Shown here in pieces: positions 21,645-32,497 of a DNA stretch of 64,000 bases. Source of the DNA: Calditrichaceae bacterium (GTDB lineage: Bacteria > Calditrichota > Calditrichia > Calditrichales > JBFXGD01); contig JBFXLE010000020.1 in assembly GCA_050173015.1 (NCBI GenBank), positions 16,721-80,720 on the forward strand, given 5' to 3'. Made by a program: the position numbers and the translations under genes. Position 1 is the stretch's first letter; every line of letters begins with the position of its first letter. Under the pieces are notes generated by a model. It was given only the letters and a program-made list of their open reading frames with translations, ran no database searches and was not told the origin of the DNA.

Positions 21645-22697
21645 TTATTCGCTCTTTTCAAAAGATTTAATCCTGATGATGTCGCGAATCCTGTTGAATG
21701 CGGCCTCAGGGGTTATCCCAAATGATGGATCAAACGGACCCGGAGCTTTGTTCGCGCTTTGAATATGGTAATGATCGCTAAAAACTGAGGCGGGAGACCA
21801 GACATCTGTCTTTGTATATCCGAAAATAGCCAGTGTAGGGGTCTTTAAAGCCACCGATAAATGATTAAGGCCCCCGTCATTACAGATGAGCAGGGCGCTT
21901 TTGGAAATTAAAGCCGCGGCCTGATTAAAGTCGGTTTTTGGAGCGGTAACAGGCCGGTTTTGCATCCGGCGCGTTATTTTGTCCATAACATCCTTTTCCG
22001 AAGGTCCCCAGAGAAGAATCACCTTATAATCCGTATGGCTAATAATAAGATCGGCCAGCCCCGCAAACCCTTCCTCATGCCATCTCTTGCTCCAAACCGG
22101 ACTTCCGGGCGAAATACAGATAAATTCACCTTTAGGGATTTTTTCATTCGCCAGCCATCGATCGATGTATAAATGGGATTCTTCCCTAATATGAAAAAAC
22201 AGATCATAAGGCTGTTCGGAAATACCCAGTGGAGCGAGGATATCAAATTTTCTTGAGCCATTATACCGGACAGGTCCCCTGGAAGCCTTCAGGTTGTATG
22301 TAAATTTCCAGTCGGCGTCTGCCCAGCCCAGCCGGTACTTTGCTTTACTGAAAAGAACCGCCTGTCCTGAACCCGGATTATTTTGTTGGTCAATAATCAG
22401 ATCATATTTCCTGCGTCTGATGTCAAGAAAAAGCTTTATTCTGGAAAGGACTTGTCTGATGCCTTTTTCCGCTTTTTCGGTTATGATATCATTCAGATAC
22501 TTATTGTTAAATAATACCTGATCATATGGTTTGCGCGCCAGAAAATCAATTTTCGCGGCCGGGAATTTTTCACTCAGCGCCTTGAGATATGTGGTAGAAA
22601 GGATGACATCTCCAAAGGGCTGAAACTGGATTATTAATATTTTTTTTATCCCCGCCGGGTTAATCCGCCCGGCTGACACTTTATTTGTAATCAACAT
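21645..22697 (-). CDS. glycosyltransferase family 9 (heptosyltransferase-like)
   Basis: ILIIQFQPFGDVIL; KRW; ICNDGGLNHLSVAL.TPT.AIFG. Confidence 0.88.
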   Translation of the reverse strand: MLITNKVSAGRINPAGIKKILIIQFQPFGDVILSTTYLKALSEKFPAAKIDFLARKPYDQVLFNNKYLNDIITEKAEKGIRQVLSRIKLFLDIRRRKYDLIIDQQNNPGSGQAVLFSKAKYRLGWADADWKFTYNLKASRGPVRYNGSRKFDILAPLGISEQPYDLFFHIREESHLYIDRWLANEKIPKGEFICISPGSPVWSKRWHEEGFAGLADLIISHTDYKVILLWGPSEKDVMDKITRRMQNRPVTAPKTDFNQAAALISKSALLICNDGGLNHLSVALKTPTLAIFGYTKTDVWSPASVFSDHYHIQSANKAPGPFDPSFGITPEAAFNRIRDIIRIKSFEKSE

Positions 22698-23058
22698 ATT
22701 GCTTTTCTTCGGTCAGCTCTGAGTTAAATTTACGGTTAATAGCGTTTTTAATTTTGGCGCGCTCATCATTGGTAAAGTATACCTTTCTGGCAAGCTGTAT
22801 AAATTCTTCGTCAAAATCTTTGTTTCTTTCTTTAATTCTTATCGCATCCTCCACATCCCAGAGAATCAAATTGACGCTTTTGAGATTTTTAAATTCTTCG
22901 GAATCCGGAGTAAGACCGGTCAATTTCATCGCTTTTTCCAGAATCTGGTATTCAGCGGTTATATTATTCAATTTACCGGGATCAATTATTTTTTCTTTTT
23001 TTATGGATAATATCGACAGCTTATCAACAAGCTCGCCGATGGAAATATCGACTTTCAT
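22681..23058 (-). CDS. DUF6165-like conserved protein
   Basis: SIGELVDKLSIL.IK; LWDVED.IR; ARKVYFTNDERA.IK. Confidence 0.75.
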   Translation of the reverse strand: MKVDISIGELVDKLSILSIKKEKIIDPGKLNNITAEYQILEKAMKLTGLTPDSEEFKNLKSVNLILWDVEDAIRIKERNKDFDEEFIQLARKVYFTNDERAKIKNAINRKFNSELTEEKQYVDYK

Positions 23059-23320
23059 TTTCCCCTCAAGGTTTGATTGGTATGATCGTGTTTAAAGAAA
23101 TTATGTTATAAAAAATAAATACAGATTATTATTCACTTATACCCGGAACCGGAAAAAAGTTCCAACAAAAAATATAACGGTTGTAAAATAGTCCACTTTT
23201 TAAAAATAATGCGATGTGTCAATCTATATGCAGGATCAAGCGCCGAAATTAAGAGATTGTAGCAAATAATAAACTATAGATGTCCTAACTTATTAATTTG
23301 ACATGGTTTATTTTTGATAA

Positions 23321-24817
23321 CTAAAATTCTTCCTCATCCAGTTCCGTTTTCTGAAATAAATTAATCAAATACTGCCGGGCATTTAATTGAGATTTATTAT
23401 ACTCTTTATTAATTTGAGCATCCGGTTTCAGTCTCCACTCAGCTGTCAGCTTTTCGAGGGATTCAAAAAATTGCCATTTATAAAGGTAACGCTCATTTTC
23501 CAGTCGTTTGAGCGCATCAAACTGCGCGTCAGAAAATAAATTCCGGTCTAAGCTCTTATCAATGACCACCGGATCAATAAATAATGGTAAAATTTCAGAA
23601 GCGTCAATAACTTCTCTGATTTGTCCGCTGTTCAATTTTGTTTGTCTTTTAAGCGTTGAGGACAATTTCATGGAGTTATGATATATTCTTCCTTCCAGTT
23701 TCAGCAGATTAAGGTCATCAATCCCTTTGGTCTGAAGTGAGGCAATCACTTCACCGGTAATGACATACTCAGTTTTACGGCTTACCTGCTGATCAAAAAC
23801 ATTTTGTAAAAAGAAAAGAGCGATAAAAGTAATAATGCCTGAAATAATCGGTGTGGTAACCCAGCCGGTGGCGATTTCACCGAGAACATTGTACCGAACG
23901 CTTTTTCCGCCTTTCATCAAACCAATACCTATGATAGCACCGACCACAGCCTGAGTGCTTGAAACCGGAACCAGCGGTATGGCCGGTAATCCCTGATGAA
24001 GGAGCCAGGATTCCAATTGTTCGGAGGAAAAAAGAAACAGGACAAGCGCCTGAGAAAGGACGACAACCAGAGCCGAAACCGGTGACAACCTGAATAAATT
24101 TTTCCCCACGGTGGACATAACTCTTCGTGAATAGGTGAATATACCCACCGCGATGGCCAGTCCGCCCAGAAAAAATAATTGTTGCGCGCTTGACAGTGTA
24201 AAGAGTCCATAAACATCCATCGTTTCGAACGGAGTCACCGGGACAAAAACCCCCATCACATTGGCGATATTATTCGCGCCAAGGCTATAAGCTCCAAAGG
24301 CCCCGGCAATGCCCAAGGAAATCCGCAAATAATGATCACTGCTCAACATATGAAAATGCAGATTGTTTAGGATGAGTTTTAAAAGACTGAACAGCAGAAT
24401 TGCAAATATGGCCGCGAGGACGGGGCAGAGAAACCAGGTTAACACGATTTTTGCAAGGGAGTCATAATCTGTAACTGAATGAGTGAAGAAGTTCCATCCC
24501 ACGATTCCGCCCACGATAGCCTGGGATGTTGATACCGGTACTTTAAGCCGGGTCATTAGGAAGACGGTCAACCCGGAAGCAAGCGCTACCATAAATGAAC
24601 CCGCGATCGCGTTAACAGCGCCTAACTTTCCAAGAGTATATGCCGCTCCCGAGCCGCCGATGACCGCCCCAAGGATCACAAAAACACTCGCGATCAGCGC
24701 CGCGGTTTTAAAACGAATCATTTTGGTTCCGACGGCTGTCCCGAAAACATTAGCCGCGTCATTGGCGCCCAGTGACCAGCCAAGGAACAGTCCGCTCGTA
24801 AGAAAAAGAAAGATCAT
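23321..24817 (-). CDS. PiT-family inorganic phosphate transporter with C-terminal soluble extension
   Basis: GANDAANVFGT and GANNIAN signature repeats; PVSTSQ/PVSSTQ. Confidence 0.9.
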   Translation of the reverse strand: MIFLFLTSGLFLGWSLGANDAANVFGTAVGTKMIRFKTAALIASVFVILGAVIGGSGAAYTLGKLGAVNAIAGSFMVALASGLTVFLMTRLKVPVSTSQAIVGGIVGWNFFTHSVTDYDSLAKIVLTWFLCPVLAAIFAILLFSLLKLILNNLHFHMLSSDHYLRISLGIAGAFGAYSLGANNIANVMGVFVPVTPFETMDVYGLFTLSSAQQLFFLGGLAIAVGIFTYSRRVMSTVGKNLFRLSPVSALVVVLSQALVLFLFSSEQLESWLLHQGLPAIPLVPVSSTQAVVGAIIGIGLMKGGKSVRYNVLGEIATGWVTTPIISGIITFIALFFLQNVFDQQVSRKTEYVITGEVIASLQTKGIDDLNLLKLEGRIYHNSMKLSSTLKRQTKLNSGQIREVIDASEILPLFIDPVVIDKSLDRNLFSDAQFDALKRLENERYLYKWQFFESLEKLTAEWRLKPDAQINKEYNKSQLNARQYLINLFQKTELDEEEF

Positions 24818-24832
24818 TCAAATATCCTGAGT

Positions 24833-25489
24833 CTATATCATACGTTTTATGGTGTAGATCGCCAGGCGGTCGGCTACATTTTCCGCGCGGTCCGCGAGAC
24901 TGTCCACATGAAGGGCGAAATAACGCAGATGTATTTTCTGGCTCAGATCAATTTCCTGCATCTGGAATATATGGCGTTTGAGGTGATTTCCGAGTTTATC
25001 GGCCTCCTTTTCATAAAAATAAACCTTATGGAGATGGTCTTTTACAGCCCGAAAATCCATAAAAAAAGATCTTGTGGCCTGGACAACCGATTCGGCTGCC
25101 TGCGTGGCCATCTCTGCAAGGTCGGCGAATTCGACGTTTAAAATGGGTGGGATAAACGGGTTTTCCACGGAGAATTGATTGAGAGTTTCCTTCTCCGTAT
25201 CAATGACGTTATCCATGGTTTCCAGCAGTCCCAATACATCTCCGCGGTGTTCAGGGATTAAAGAGTGGCTGTACAAATCGGTTTCGATATTTCTGCGCAG
25301 GTTGTCCGCCTCGGCCTCCAACCGGTCAATTGTTTCCATCCGTTGGCTAAAACTATCCTGATTATTATCCAAATAGTTTTTCAAGCCTTCCTTAAAAACA
25401 ATTCCACCCTGGCTGACAGCGTCAAGATATTGATCGATTTGGCGTTCGAGAGCTTTTGTAGTTTTAAAAAGTAATGGCATAGGCTTCAC
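24833..25489 (-). CDS. DUF47 (PhoU-like) Pit accessory protein
   Basis: LEAEADNLRR; EKEAD; adjacent to pit. Confidence 0.85.
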   Translation of the reverse strand: MKPMPLLFKTTKALERQIDQYLDAVSQGGIVFKEGLKNYLDNNQDSFSQRMETIDRLEAEADNLRRNIETDLYSHSLIPEHRGDVLGLLETMDNVIDTEKETLNQFSVENPFIPPILNVEFADLAEMATQAAESVVQATRSFFMDFRAVKDHLHKVYFYEKEADKLGNHLKRHIFQMQEIDLSQKIHLRYFALHVDSLADRAENVADRLAIYTIKRMI

Positions 25490-25533
25490 CTGATAGGTTT
25501 ACGGAACTCATTTAAATCTATCATAAAAAAAAG

Positions 25534-26004
25534 TTATTTCCAATTTTTATAAGGATTATGTACCAGATTTGAGTTATAGTAGCGGATATCAGTGGACACC
25601 TCTTCTCCAATCCAGCGGGGGAATTTAATGAACTGATTTTCATCATGTAATTCTATTTCGGCCATAATCAGTCCTTGGTTATTTCCTTCGAATTCATCGA
25701 TGGACCACTCCATGCCATCGTGTTCTACTGAATACCTGGTTTTTTCTAAAATGGAATCTTTGCATAAAGTACGGAGTATCTCCTCGGCATCCGTTTTTGG
25801 GATTTCATATTCAAATTCACCGCGTGTTAAACCAATATTTCGGCCCTTAATGGTGATAAAGGCCTTAACACCGGCAACGCGGACACGAATGGTTTTATCC
25901 GGATCAGTGGACAAATATCCCTGACGGTATTTTTTTCCCGGACGCGTTTCCCGCCTCCATGAATCATTTTTAACCAGAAATTTGCGTTCTATCTCAACAC
26001 CCAT
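25534..26004 (-). CDS. CYTH-domain protein (triphosphate tunnel metalloenzyme)
   Basis: EIERKFLV; RQGYL; EFEYEIP; AEIEL. Confidence 0.92.
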   Translation of the reverse strand: MGVEIERKFLVKNDSWRRETRPGKKYRQGYLSTDPDKTIRVRVAGVKAFITIKGRNIGLTRGEFEYEIPKTDAEEILRTLCKDSILEKTRYSVEHDGMEWSIDEFEGNNQGLIMAEIELHDENQFIKFPRWIGEEVSTDIRYYNSNLVHNPYKNWK

Positions 26005-26497
26005 TCATGGCATCCTTGTATAAAGAAATTTGAAATTATAAAACAAGATGAGATCAATTTACATCGCGCCCTGTGTAATATTCCAATACTATTAAATATA
26101 AATTGTTTAAAAAAATTAAAATGATGGTATAATTATAATTTTTACTTAATTGACAACAGAATCCTTAAGAAAAATATTAAAAATGTTCTATTTTAAACTG
26201 AAATGACCCAATTTTAATATATTATCGGGTAATAAAGATAAAATTTATAAGGCGAATCACAAAAACACAGGTATCCGATGAATATCCGGATAAAATTAAA
26301 ATTTCAATCAATAATTCATAAAATATAATTTGTAGTAGTTGATCACTAACATATTGGTTAAATTAGCCGAAGGTATCAGTATGTTAAGACATTAACAAGA
26401 ATGTTGAAATGGGTTCTTGACCTTTTAAATAGTAAATATTCAATCGAGTGGGTTTAGAAGTACAGTTTAATTTGGAATTCAGTGGAGGGTTGAATTC

Positions 26498-29400
26498 ATG
26501 AAAAAAAGCTATTCAGTAATTGCTAAATTTATTGTTAAGGGACGAACCTTTCAATTGGCAGTCGGCGCGGCTCTCATGTTCTGGCTTTTTGAATCATTAG
26601 TGCATGTCGTAATCTTTCATGACGGAGAATTTTGGCAGCAGGTTTTTTCCCCGGTACCGCACGATATCTGGATGAGATCACTGGTTGTGGTTTTAGGTGT
26701 TACATTTGGCATAAGCAGTCAAATTATGGAAAATTTCAGGAACCGAACCACGCAGATCATAACGGAAAACGAAAAACAATACCGCACACTTTTTGTAAAC
26801 GCCCCGCTAGGATACCAGTCTCTGAATCAGGATGCTTGTATTTTGCAGGTAAATCAAACCTGGCTCGATAATTTAGGATATTCCAGACACGAGGTGCTAT
26901 TAAAACCCTTTACTGATTTTGTACATCCCCTTTCCAGAGAAAAATTCCAAAATCATTTCATGAAATTTATGGATACAGGTGTCGGGCAGGAGCTGGAGCT
27001 CGATTTGATTCGTAAAGACAATTCAATCATCATAGTCTCCATCAGCGGGAAAATAGTGCATGATGAGGACGGACAAATCAAGACCCACTGCATATTTAAA
27101 AATATCACTCGTCAGAAAGAAGCGGAGAATGCACTGAAAAAAAGTGAAGCACAGCACCGACTTCTTGCTGAAAATGTGATGGATGTTATCTGGAAACTCG
27201 ATTTAAAATATAATCTTACCTATATCAGCCCCTCAGTTTATCACCAGCTCGGGTTTACTGATTTGGAGATAACCGGACAAAATATAAGGAATTTTCTTCG
27301 CCCTTCGGATGTACAAGAAATCGAATTAATGGTTAGCGCAGCCACCTCGAAATTAGAAACAGATATTGAAAAAAAGGTTATGGTACGAACTTTAAGTGTG
27401 CCCTTAATCCATAAAGACGGAACAAATGTATGGTCGGAAATAAGCGGCAGGCTGATACTGGACGATGAGGGGAAGCCTACAGAAATTATAGGAATTTCGC
27501 GGGATATTTCGGATCGTGTAAAGGTAGAAGCTGAAGTTAAGAAGTCTGAAGCCAATCTCAGGGCGCTGATCGATCATAGCAAAAATTCATTTATCCTTAT
27601 TAATCGAGATAAAACGATAATTTTATTTAATAAGTCGGCGGAAACCAGAATAAAAAATACATGCAGAAGAACATTAAACTCCGGTGATTCAATTGACGAC
27701 TATTCATGCAAATATTTTGCAGGATTCGAACCTAATTTCAAAGCCGCGCTTAATGGTAAGCCAAAATCGGTTGAAAGTTATTTTGTAAACGACGCCGGCG
27801 AAGAGAATTGGTTCGAAATCACTTATACACCCGTCTTTGATGATGAGAAAAAAATAAGTCGGGTTTTGTTTAGCCTCGCGGATCTGACCTCTATTAAAAA
27901 GACAGAAAAAGATTTAAGGCTTTTCAGGCATCTCATTGATCAGTCCACTGAGGCGGTTTTTGTTATGGATCCTTTAACGGGAAAAGTGCTTGATGTCAAT
28001 AATAAAGCCGTTGAAAATCTGCAATATACGAGGGAAGAATTTCTGAAATTGAGAGTGACGGATTTTTCTGAAAGAAACAATAACTTTGCCAATTATAAAA
28101 AGTTAGTAAAAGAGATCAAAGATAAAGGATCAAGAGTCAGAACCGGCCGCCACAAGCGTAAAGACGGTACGACCTACCCTGTGGAAGTGAGCGGGGCTAT
28201 TATTAAGGTGGGTAAGAAAGAATATCATATAGCGATTGCCCGTGATATAACTGACCGGCTTGAACTTGAAAAGATTCAAAAAGAACTTAGCCGGAGAAAT
28301 CAGTTGATTTTAGAATCAGCGGGTGAAGGTATATTCGGGCTCGATAAGAATGGAATGGTGACATTTGTCAATCCTGCCGCCATCAGCATGACCGGATACT
28401 CCGAAGAGGAATTTCTTGGTCATAGTCATCATAAACTTGTTCACCACCATAAACCAAACGGAGAAGTTTACCACGGTAACACATGTCCCATACAAGCGGC
28501 GTACAAGGACGGAAAAATTCATGAAAATTCTGAGGAATATTTTTGGAAAAAAGACGGAACGGGATTTCCTGTTGAATATGTGAGTACACCGATCTATGAG
28601 GATTCGGTTCTGGTCGGCGCGGTGGTCTCGTTTACGGACATTACTGATCGAAAAAAGCACGAAGAGCAAATCACGCGTCTTGCTTCGGTGTTGGAGCAGT
28701 CCAGTGAATCGGTGATTATCATTTCTCCCGATGGGAAAATCAATCATGTGAACCCGGCGTTTATCATATTATCAGGATTTGAGAATGCTGAAGTGATTGA
28801 TAAACCCTATGATTTTAATATGGCGGGAGAGCAGTCGCCAATTATTTCCAGAGAGCAAAGAGAGGCGATGAAAAAGGGCAAAATCTGGAAGGGGCTTGCC
28901 ACCAGAAGCAAAAAAGACGGATCACAATACTATCTGCAAACTATTTTATTCCCGGTCTATGATTATCAGGGGAACATTATAAATTACGCCTGTACTTCAC
29001 GCGATGTAACAAATGAAAAAAATTTGCAGGAACAATTGTTTCAGGCCCAAAAACTGGAAAGTATCGGTCAGCTGGCGGGCGGCGTAGCTCATGATTTTAA
29101 TAATATTCTGAGCGTGATCAATGGATACGCGAGTCTTGGAATGGACGCCATTGGTCAGGGGAATCCTCTTCATAAAAATTTCGGGCAGATTTTTAAAGCC
29201 GGAAAAAGGGCGCAGGCGTTGACCAGCCAGCTGCTGGCCTTCAGCAGAAAGCAGGTTATCCGGCCGCAGACCTTCTCTTGTAATGAGATCATTCTTGACC
29301 TGGAAAAGATGCTTCATCGTTTGATTGGTGAAGATATCGCCATCGAGATGAATCTTTCTGATACGGCCTCGCCGATAAAAGTGGATAGAGGACAATTTGA

Positions 29401-30190
29401 ACAAATTATTATCAATCTGGTGGTGAATGCCAGAGACGCCATCAATATGAATGAATACAGTTCTAAGGAAAGAAGAATAACGATTGAAACCTCTCTCTCC
29501 AATATCGATTCCGAATACTATAAAAATCATGTGGGAGCAGAGACCGGTTATCACACAATGATTGCGGTCAGCGATACAGGAATAGGAATGGATAAAGAAA
29601 CCCGGAATAAAATTTTCGAACCCTTTTTCACCACAAAGGAAGCGGGAAAAGGAACCGGGCTGGGCTTGGCCACTGTGTATGGAATTATAAAACAGAATGG
29701 CGGCAGTATTTTTGTTTACAGTGAGCCCGGAAATGGAACCAGTTTTAAGGTGTTCTGGCCCTGTTCCGATGAAATGGCCAGGCAGCTTGAAGCAAAGGAA
29801 AAAGCAACGCTTAAAGGCGGCAGCGAAACCATTCTGGTTGTTGAAGACGATGCCGATGTGAGGGAGTTCGTCAATCACGCCTTAACAACCTTTGGTTATA
29901 ATGTTTTAAATGTCGGGAACGGAGTTGAAGCGATTAAACTTCTCAAAGAATCAACCAGTCATGTTGATCTGGTTTTAACGGATGTCGTAATGCCGGTAAT
30001 GGGTGGCAAGGAATTAGGTGAAAAATTAACAGAGCTTCACCCTGATCTAAAATTGCTTTATGCGTCGGGTTACGCTGATAAGCATATCACACAGGACGGG
30101 GTATTGAAAGCCGGAATTAATTTTATCGAAAAACCATACTCCTTAACAGATCTTGGAAACATCGTGCGAAAGATTCTTGATGAAAATTAG
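26498..30190 (+). CDS. multi-PAS hybrid sensor histidine kinase/response regulator
   Basis: About six PAS/PAC repeats; LAGGVAHDFNN H-box; FEPFFTTK, GTGLGL; C-terminal REC domain (LVVEDD, TDVVMP). Confidence 0.93.
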   Translation: MKKSYSVIAKFIVKGRTFQLAVGAALMFWLFESLVHVVIFHDGEFWQQVFSPVPHDIWMRSLVVVLGVTFGISSQIMENFRNRTTQIITENEKQYRTLFVNAPLGYQSLNQDACILQVNQTWLDNLGYSRHEVLLKPFTDFVHPLSREKFQNHFMKFMDTGVGQELELDLIRKDNSIIIVSISGKIVHDEDGQIKTHCIFKNITRQKEAENALKKSEAQHRLLAENVMDVIWKLDLKYNLTYISPSVYHQLGFTDLEITGQNIRNFLRPSDVQEIELMVSAATSKLETDIEKKVMVRTLSVPLIHKDGTNVWSEISGRLILDDEGKPTEIIGISRDISDRVKVEAEVKKSEANLRALIDHSKNSFILINRDKTIILFNKSAETRIKNTCRRTLNSGDSIDDYSCKYFAGFEPNFKAALNGKPKSVESYFVNDAGEENWFEITYTPVFDDEKKISRVLFSLADLTSIKKTEKDLRLFRHLIDQSTEAVFVMDPLTGKVLDVNNKAVENLQYTREEFLKLRVTDFSERNNNFANYKKLVKEIKDKGSRVRTGRHKRKDGTTYPVEVSGAIIKVGKKEYHIAIARDITDRLELEKIQKELSRRNQLILESAGEGIFGLDKNGMVTFVNPAAISMTGYSEEEFLGHSHHKLVHHHKPNGEVYHGNTCPIQAAYKDGKIHENSEEYFWKKDGTGFPVEYVSTPIYEDSVLVGAVVSFTDITDRKKHEEQITRLASVLEQSSESVIIISPDGKINHVNPAFIILSGFENAEVIDKPYDFNMAGEQSPIISREQREAMKKGKIWKGLATRSKKDGSQYYLQTILFPVYDYQGNIINYACTSRDVTNEKNLQEQLFQAQKLESIGQLAGGVAHDFNNILSVINGYASLGMDAIGQGNPLHKNFGQIFKAGKRAQALTSQLLAFSRKQVIRPQTFSCNEIILDLEKMLHRLIGEDIAIEMNLSDTASPIKVDRGQFEQIIINLVVNARDAINMNEYSSKERRITIETSLSNIDSEYYKNHVGAETGYHTMIAVSDTGIGMDKETRNKIFEPFFTTKEAGKGTGLGLATVYGIIKQNGGSIFVYSEPGNGTSFKVFWPCSDEMARQLEAKEKATLKGGSETILVVEDDADVREFVNHALTTFGYNVLNVGNGVEAIKLLKESTSHVDLVLTDVVMPVMGGKELGEKLTELHPDLKLLYASGYADKHITQDGVLKAGINFIEKPYSLTDLGNIVRKILDEN

Positions 30191-30191
30191 T

Positions 30192-31418
30192 TTATTTTGA
30201 AATGCCGGTGACGATACCCGAGATATCCCTGCCGGACGGGTTTTGATAAATTTGAAGATCAAACTGCGGCACTACCGCGAGAATATGATCAAAAATATCG
30301 GCCTGAATCGCTTCATAATTTTGCCAGACAATATCATTGGTGAAGACGTAAATTTCTATAGGCAATCCGGTCGGCCCGGGTGGAAGCTGCCGCACCATGC
30401 TGGTCAGTTCCTGGTTAACCTTAGGGTGCCGTTTTAGATAGGCCTCAATATAGGCTCTGAAGGTACCGATGTTTGTCATCCGCCGGCCATTCACCAGCCG
30501 GTCGTTTTCAATATGATATTTTTTGTTATATTCCGCCAGTTCCTGCTTTTTCCTTCTGATGTAATCTGTAATTAACTGAAATTCTTCAAAACGGCGGATC
30601 ATTTCTTCATCACAAAATTTTATGGTATTAAGATCGATATAAACCGCTCGTTTGATCCTCCGGCCTCCGGCCTGTTTCATCCCGCGCCAGTTTTTAAAAC
30701 TGTCTTCAACCAATTTATGGGTGGGAATAACCGTGATCGTTTTATCCCAATTCTGAATTTTCACCGTGTGCAGAGCGAGATCAATGACATCTCCATCCGC
30801 TCCGTATTTTGGCATCTCGATCCAGTCGCCGATATGGACAAGATCATAACTCGATATTTGCAGACTCGCTACAAATGAAAGAATAGTATCTCTGAAAATC
30901 AATAATATGACGGCGGTCAGAGCGCCTACCCCGCCTAAAATGGTCCATGGTGACTGCCCTGATAATAATCCGATGATAAATATGATGGCGATGATGTAAA
31001 TAAAAATATTGGTGATCTGAATGTATCCCTTTATGGGACGCTCTTTTGCTGTGGGAAGATTTTCATAATAACGGTTAAGGACGCTAAGAAAGGCCGTCAG
31101 GCTTAAAACAAAGACCCAGATTAGCAAAACCTGACTCACGCTTACAAGAACTCCGGATAATTTTGGAAACAAAAATGCCAGGTTGTAAACAACAAGAATC
31201 GGGACAATATATGAAATCTTTTTTAATATATTGCTTTCAAGAAGCACATCATCCAACTGTGTTTTGGTTTTCCGGATAATTTGTTCAGCGAACCGCAGTA
31301 AAATTCTGGCTACGATCACGTATGAGATAAAACTTAATAAACCTACACCGGCGGCAACCATCAGATCTGAAACCACTGGATACGCGGCGTGGAAAATCTT
31401 CAATCTTTCAAAAAACAT
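30192..31418 (-). CDS. mechanosensitive channel MscS family (YbdG-like)
   Basis: GDWIEMPKYGADGDV; VKIQNWDKT; NWRGM...GGRRIKR; MVRQL.P. Confidence 0.92.
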   Translation of the reverse strand: MFFERLKIFHAAYPVVSDLMVAAGVGLLSFISYVIVARILLRFAEQIIRKTKTQLDDVLLESNILKKISYIVPILVVYNLAFLFPKLSGVLVSVSQVLLIWVFVLSLTAFLSVLNRYYENLPTAKERPIKGYIQITNIFIYIIAIIFIIGLLSGQSPWTILGGVGALTAVILLIFRDTILSFVASLQISSYDLVHIGDWIEMPKYGADGDVIDLALHTVKIQNWDKTITVIPTHKLVEDSFKNWRGMKQAGGRRIKRAVYIDLNTIKFCDEEMIRRFEEFQLITDYIRRKKQELAEYNKKYHIENDRLVNGRRMTNIGTFRAYIEAYLKRHPKVNQELTSMVRQLPPGPTGLPIEIYVFTNDIVWQNYEAIQADIFDHILAVVPQFDLQIYQNPSGRDISGIVTGISK

Positions 31419-31577
31419 TTCTTCTCCCGGGTAAACAAACTCTCAGGCAGCTTTGGCTCATTAAATGTGACGCGTTGAATCACCGGCCGCCGAATGTAAT
31501 CAAATTACGTTTAATATAAGACACACAGGATATACAACTCAAATTGAAATTAGACCGCGAAGGAAGACACCATGAAC

Positions 31578-31612
31578 AAAAAAACCGGTGAATGAAAGGT
31601 CACCGGTTTTTT
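31578..31612. terminator. bidirectional Rho-independent terminator
   Basis: AAAAAAACCGGTGA...TCACCGGTTTTTT. Confidence 0.7.
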
Positions 31613-31658
31613 CACATTGTTAAAAAATTAAAAATAGAAGAAAATAGAAAAATACTAT

Positions 31659-32279
31659 CTAAAACTGATAGCTTAATCCTAATTTTGCGGGCTCAGCAAT
31701 AACTCTTACCCTTTCCAGAGCAAAATAGGTATTCACAACTCCGGCAATAAGAAAAGAGTAACCAAGAAACTTTTTTCTGCTTTTTTCGCTTCTAAGCGTT
31801 GAATAATCGGCATTGGGATTCGGCTCACCGGCAATATCCAGTTGGTCTTCTTTTAAGATCTCTATTTTATCATCTATTTCGCCGGCTCTTTTAAAGCAGT
31901 CATAACTTATACCAAACGCTACAAAACTTAGTGAAATGAGTTTAAGGTGCGGGTACTCATATTTACTTTGTTGTGAAATATTTAAATCGGGTACAACCGG
32001 TTGAGTAAGCTCCTTTTTTGTCAATGAAGCGATGGCCTCGCCGTGTTCAAGAATCTTTGATGTCTCATCATAATTTATTTTGCTTTCCACAATTTTATCG
32101 ATTTCTGCCTTTTCAAATGTGTGCAGTGAGAGATCCGCGGCGGCGACTACAATGTTTTCATCATCAGATTCCAGCAAATTTACATTAACCATGACTCTTC
32201 CATCTTTAAAATGGATTTCATCGGCAAGGGAAAATCCGGCCAGCCCCAAAACCAGAATCAGTAAAATCAGCTTTTTCAC
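31659..32279 (-). CDS. hypothetical exported/membrane protein
   Basis: GTG start after GGAGG; signal peptide VKKLILLILVLGLAGFSLA; C-terminal LSYQF. Confidence 0.6.
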   Translation of the reverse strand: MKKLILLILVLGLAGFSLADEIHFKDGRVMVNVNLLESDDENIVVAAADLSLHTFEKAEIDKIVESKINYDETSKILEHGEAIASLTKKELTQPVVPDLNISQQSKYEYPHLKLISLSFVAFGISYDCFKRAGEIDDKIEILKEDQLDIAGEPNPNADYSTLRSEKSRKKFLGYSFLIAGVVNTYFALERVRVIAEPAKLGLSYQF

Positions 32280-32497
32280 AATGATACCTCCACAATTTTG
32301 TAAAAATTTTTGTGTAACAAAACGAATCACTACAGACAGCACTTGCAAATCAATATAAATAATGATTGTAATGAGGATTAAAATTGTGTTGAGATATTTT
32401 ATCAACAAAAAAGTCTGCCTGTGACGCTATAAAAGTATCCATCGAAAAAAATAGAATCAAGAAAAATTAAATTTAGTGGCCGCTAAGGTGCGAAAAT

